Assembly: GCA_963724765.1 (NCBI GenBank) | Contig: CAVRVY010000001.1 | Coordinates: 1,152,001 to 1,216,000 of the forward strand | Source: an uncultured delta proteobacterium | Lineage (GTDB): Bacteria > Desulfobacterota > Binatia > Binatales > Binataceae | Length of the DNA: 64,000 bases | Direction of reading: 5' to 3' | Part shown: positions 61,494 through 64,000 of the stretch, piece after piece | Layout of the letters: each line of letters begins with the position of its first letter | How positions within the stretch are numbered: position 1 is the stretch's first letter | Notes under the pieces: generated by a model | What the model was told of the DNA's origin: nothing | What the model saw: only the letters and a program-made list of their open reading frames with translations | Database searches by the model: none | Translations under genes and position numbers: made by a program

Positions 61494-63044
61494 GTGAAAC
61501 GGTCATGCCGGTTTAGATTACGCCTTGGCGTAAATCTGGTAATCGCGGTGGTCGCGCTCGGTGTTCTGTTCATGGCTCTCGAAGCAGGAGCAGACTCACA
61601 GGAATACGAAGCTGAAATTGTGCGGCCACAAAGCGGCGCAATCCTATCAGGCGCGACCTATTACCCCATCATCAAGGTCGAAGGCCGTCCACACATCAGA
61701 AACACCGCGACGGCGAGACCCACACCTGACCCAACAGCGACACCCTCGCCATCACCAGCACCGACGTCGGCACGCACCCCCACTCCAGTTCCCACCGCCA
61801 AACCAACCTCGACGCTGACCCCATTGTCTACGCCGACGCCGACTCCCAAGCCTTCGCCGTCACCCTCGCCAACTCCGCGGCCATCGGCAACGCCCACGCC
61901 GACAGTCCTGACATCCACACTGACACTTACCAGCGCCAACAACGGTCAGACCTTCAACAACTATCGCATCAGCACGACCAGCGGCGATTGCGTGGACATG
62001 GACGGCGCAACCGGCATAACATTCGAGAACTCCAACATCGGCCCGTGCGCCGGGCGTGGCGTTTATATTAATGGCGGTTCGGACAACAACGTTTACGACA
62101 GCTACATCCACGTCGAGGGCGCTTCGACGGGCTGCTGCGACACGCGCGACGGCATTTTCAACAATCTCAGCAACGGCACCACGATTCAGGGCAACGTCAT
62201 AGCCTATAGTGAGAGCAACATCGAATCACTGTCCTCGAACAACGTGGTCATCGATGGCAACTTCCTATTGAATCCTCAAGGTCTCTTTCCACGTGGCGAG
62301 CAAATTCAGACAGAAGGTGACAACATCACGATCGAAAACAACCTGACCGTGAGCACACCCGACGCGACGCTTGGCCCCGCAATCGGGACCCACAGTCCAG
62401 CAGCAATCCTAATGTCGCAGGACAACACGAGCAATCGCCCGTCAGACAATATCAGCTTCTATGAGGTACAGACCGGGGTCGCGTTGGGCAACTATATAAC
62501 TGGTGGCCTTGACGCGACCACACCTAACTCCGGGGGCGCGCAAGACCCATCAGGTTGCGGCTTGATAGCCGACGGCTCGGACAGCCTCGCGTCGAACAAT
62601 GTGACCTTTGAAAATAACAGCTTGGTCAATACGGGCCAGTGCGGAATCGGCATCGGGACAGGCACTAATCAGGCCGTCACGGGCAACAAAACCATCAACC
62701 TGAACTCAAACACAGGTGGCAACACGGCGGACTACATCTGGAACCAGTACACTCCGGCCTGCGGTCCTGTGTTGCTTGATGACAACATCGCTACCGAAAT
62801 TCAATCTTCTGGTTATGCTTCCGGTTATTGGGACGGTGGAGGATGCGCTCCTGTCACCTGCGACGGCACGAACACCGCCGTTTGGGGCTGTAACAATTTT
62901 GATGGCGGCAGCAGTCGTACCGCATACGATGCGTTGACCCCGATACAGACGAAACTGCCACCGCCCCTGATACCACCGCAGCCGAAGAACTGTGTCGTGA
63001 ATTCACCCTACTCAACGCAAACGTCACTGCCGCCGTGCAGCTGA
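61494..63044 (+). CDS. Secreted protein with Pro/Thr linker and right-handed beta-helix domain
   Basis: Signal-like N-terminus (..ALEAGA), (PT/PS)n linker, repeated ITFEN/TIQGN/VIDGN/TIENN beta-helix turns, many Cys; start 61479 or 61494. Confidence 0.8.
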   Translation: MKRSCRFRLRLGVNLVIAVVALGVLFMALEAGADSQEYEAEIVRPQSGAILSGATYYPIIKVEGRPHIRNTATARPTPDPTATPSPSPAPTSARTPTPVPTAKPTSTLTPLSTPTPTPKPSPSPSPTPRPSATPTPTVLTSTLTLTSANNGQTFNNYRISTTSGDCVDMDGATGITFENSNIGPCAGRGVYINGGSDNNVYDSYIHVEGASTGCCDTRDGIFNNLSNGTTIQGNVIAYSESNIESLSSNNVVIDGNFLLNPQGLFPRGEQIQTEGDNITIENNLTVSTPDATLGPAIGTHSPAAILMSQDNTSNRPSDNISFYEVQTGVALGNYITGGLDATTPNSGGAQDPSGCGLIADGSDSLASNNVTFENNSLVNTGQCGIGIGTGTNQAVTGNKTINLNSNTGGNTADYIWNQYTPACGPVLLDDNIATEIQSSGYASGYWDGGGCAPVTCDGTNTAVWGCNNFDGGSSRTAYDALTPIQTKLPPPLIPPQPKNCVVNSPYSTQTSLPPCS

Positions 63045-63151
63045 GCAACAAGCCAGGCGCAAAGCAGCCAGGGGAGAAGATTTAAGCCACCGTGAGCGAG
63101 GCGGTGCGCCGGCACCACCCCGCACACGCCATCGACTTTACGAATGATTTA

Positions 63152-63790
63152 TCAACGCTTCACGGCGATGATCGACTTGGTGAACCCGGTCAATCTTTCT
63201 CGCTATATCTGGTATCAGGAAACAGTAGACGCATTTCAGGTACTGTCAGTAGTCGAGTGTGGTCGAGGAAGTCTCGGCACCATTGCCGCGACGGACGCTC
63301 CAAGATACCAGGCACCGTGAAGTGTGGAGCGAACAGATATCTCGCGCGCAGCGGCAGCCAGTGGATGAACGGCGCGATCCAGGGCGGCTCTATAGGAAAC
63401 CATTTGTCGGGTGATCGTACGTAGTAGAATTCGCCGACCCTGCGGCACTCGGAGGCGAAGGCGCATTGCGACTCCCACCCTCCGACGTGCTCGACGACGG
63501 AATTGCTGTAGACGATATCGAATGAGCGGTCTTTGAACGGCAGATGGCGGGTATCACACACCACCGTTGGGCGGTGCGCGGCGTCAAGATTTGCGATGGT
63601 CAGGACAGGATAGATCGAATCCAGTGTCCAGTTGAACAGGCGGCCCGCTAAAGTCAAGAACGCTGGTATCCGTAGTCACTTTAAATTCCCGGATGAAAGT
63701 CTTCATCCGGCGATTCCAAAAGCATTGCTGAAAGGGGGTGAGAGGTTGTCGATATACGTCGCACTGAGTTCCGTATATGTTGCCGAGGCA
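63152..63790 (-). pseudogene. Class I SAM methyltransferase pseudogene (two frameshifts)
   Basis: RRMKTFIREF..SVLDFSG in one frame; LPFKDRSFDIVYSNSVVEHVG..WFPIEP..PFIHWLP in a second; C-terminus RERLTGFTKSIIAVKR* after a further shift. Confidence 0.75.
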
Positions 63791-64000
63791 ATCCACGGTT
63801 GTTGGAGGGAAGACCCTTGGTCGGGCCACCGCTGGGGTTAAACCGGGATCGCCGACCTCCGGGGAACCAATCCAACATTCAGACGCTGCGGCCATTCGAC
63901 AAGAAGGCGGTTGCGGGGTTTATCAATCAACTGCCGGGCATCGACCCCAACGTCGCTCCGCACGACATTTGTCAGTTTGGTTAAATCGATCTGGCTGGCG

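Noticed and set aside
61700-61910. Repetitive DNA as a possible repeat array
   Set aside because: It encodes the Pro/Thr linker of the beta-helix protein; there is no repeat-spacer structure.
63799-64000. Possible gene fragment at the right edge (plus-frame NIQTLRPFDKKAVAGFIN.. with an internal stop, or an open minus frame ending near 63838)
   Set aside because: Strand and identity cannot be resolved without the flanking sequence.

Overview
GC-rich bacterial chromosomal window. The gene repertoire and style suggest a Deltaproteobacteria/Binatota-like organism, but this is inference only. Positions 1-57.5 kb are densely coding: an 11-subunit complex I operon (nuoABCDHIJKLMN, no nuoEFG in the operon), rsmI-aroQ-accB-accC, rhodanese/PduO/MBL hydrolase/ligA/acyP, korAB, the glgE-treS(mak)-glgB glucan pathway, and many lipid/CoA/flavin catabolic enzymes (two acyl-CoA dehydrogenases, MaoC hot-dogs, a crotonase, three LLM-family enzymes, SDRs, a nitronate monooxygenase). 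From about 57.5 kb the sequence is visibly less GC-rich and partly decayed: an IS integrase-core remnant, a Crp-family regulator, a NusG paralog flanked by structured non-coding DNA, a sigma54 motif, a secreted beta-helix protein and a doubly frameshifted methyltransferase. This looks like the edge of a surface-polysaccharide-type island. Best leads: (1) a small protein whose N-terminal helix resembles the mitochondrial ATP synthase inhibitor IF1, fused to a zinc ribbon; (2) a CoA-enzyme cluster whose ACAD and crotonase both lack the canonical catalytic acids; (3) the Crp/NusG-paralog/structured-leader module. I found no tRNA, rRNA or CRISPR array. All family calls come from motif recognition by eye; no searches were run.
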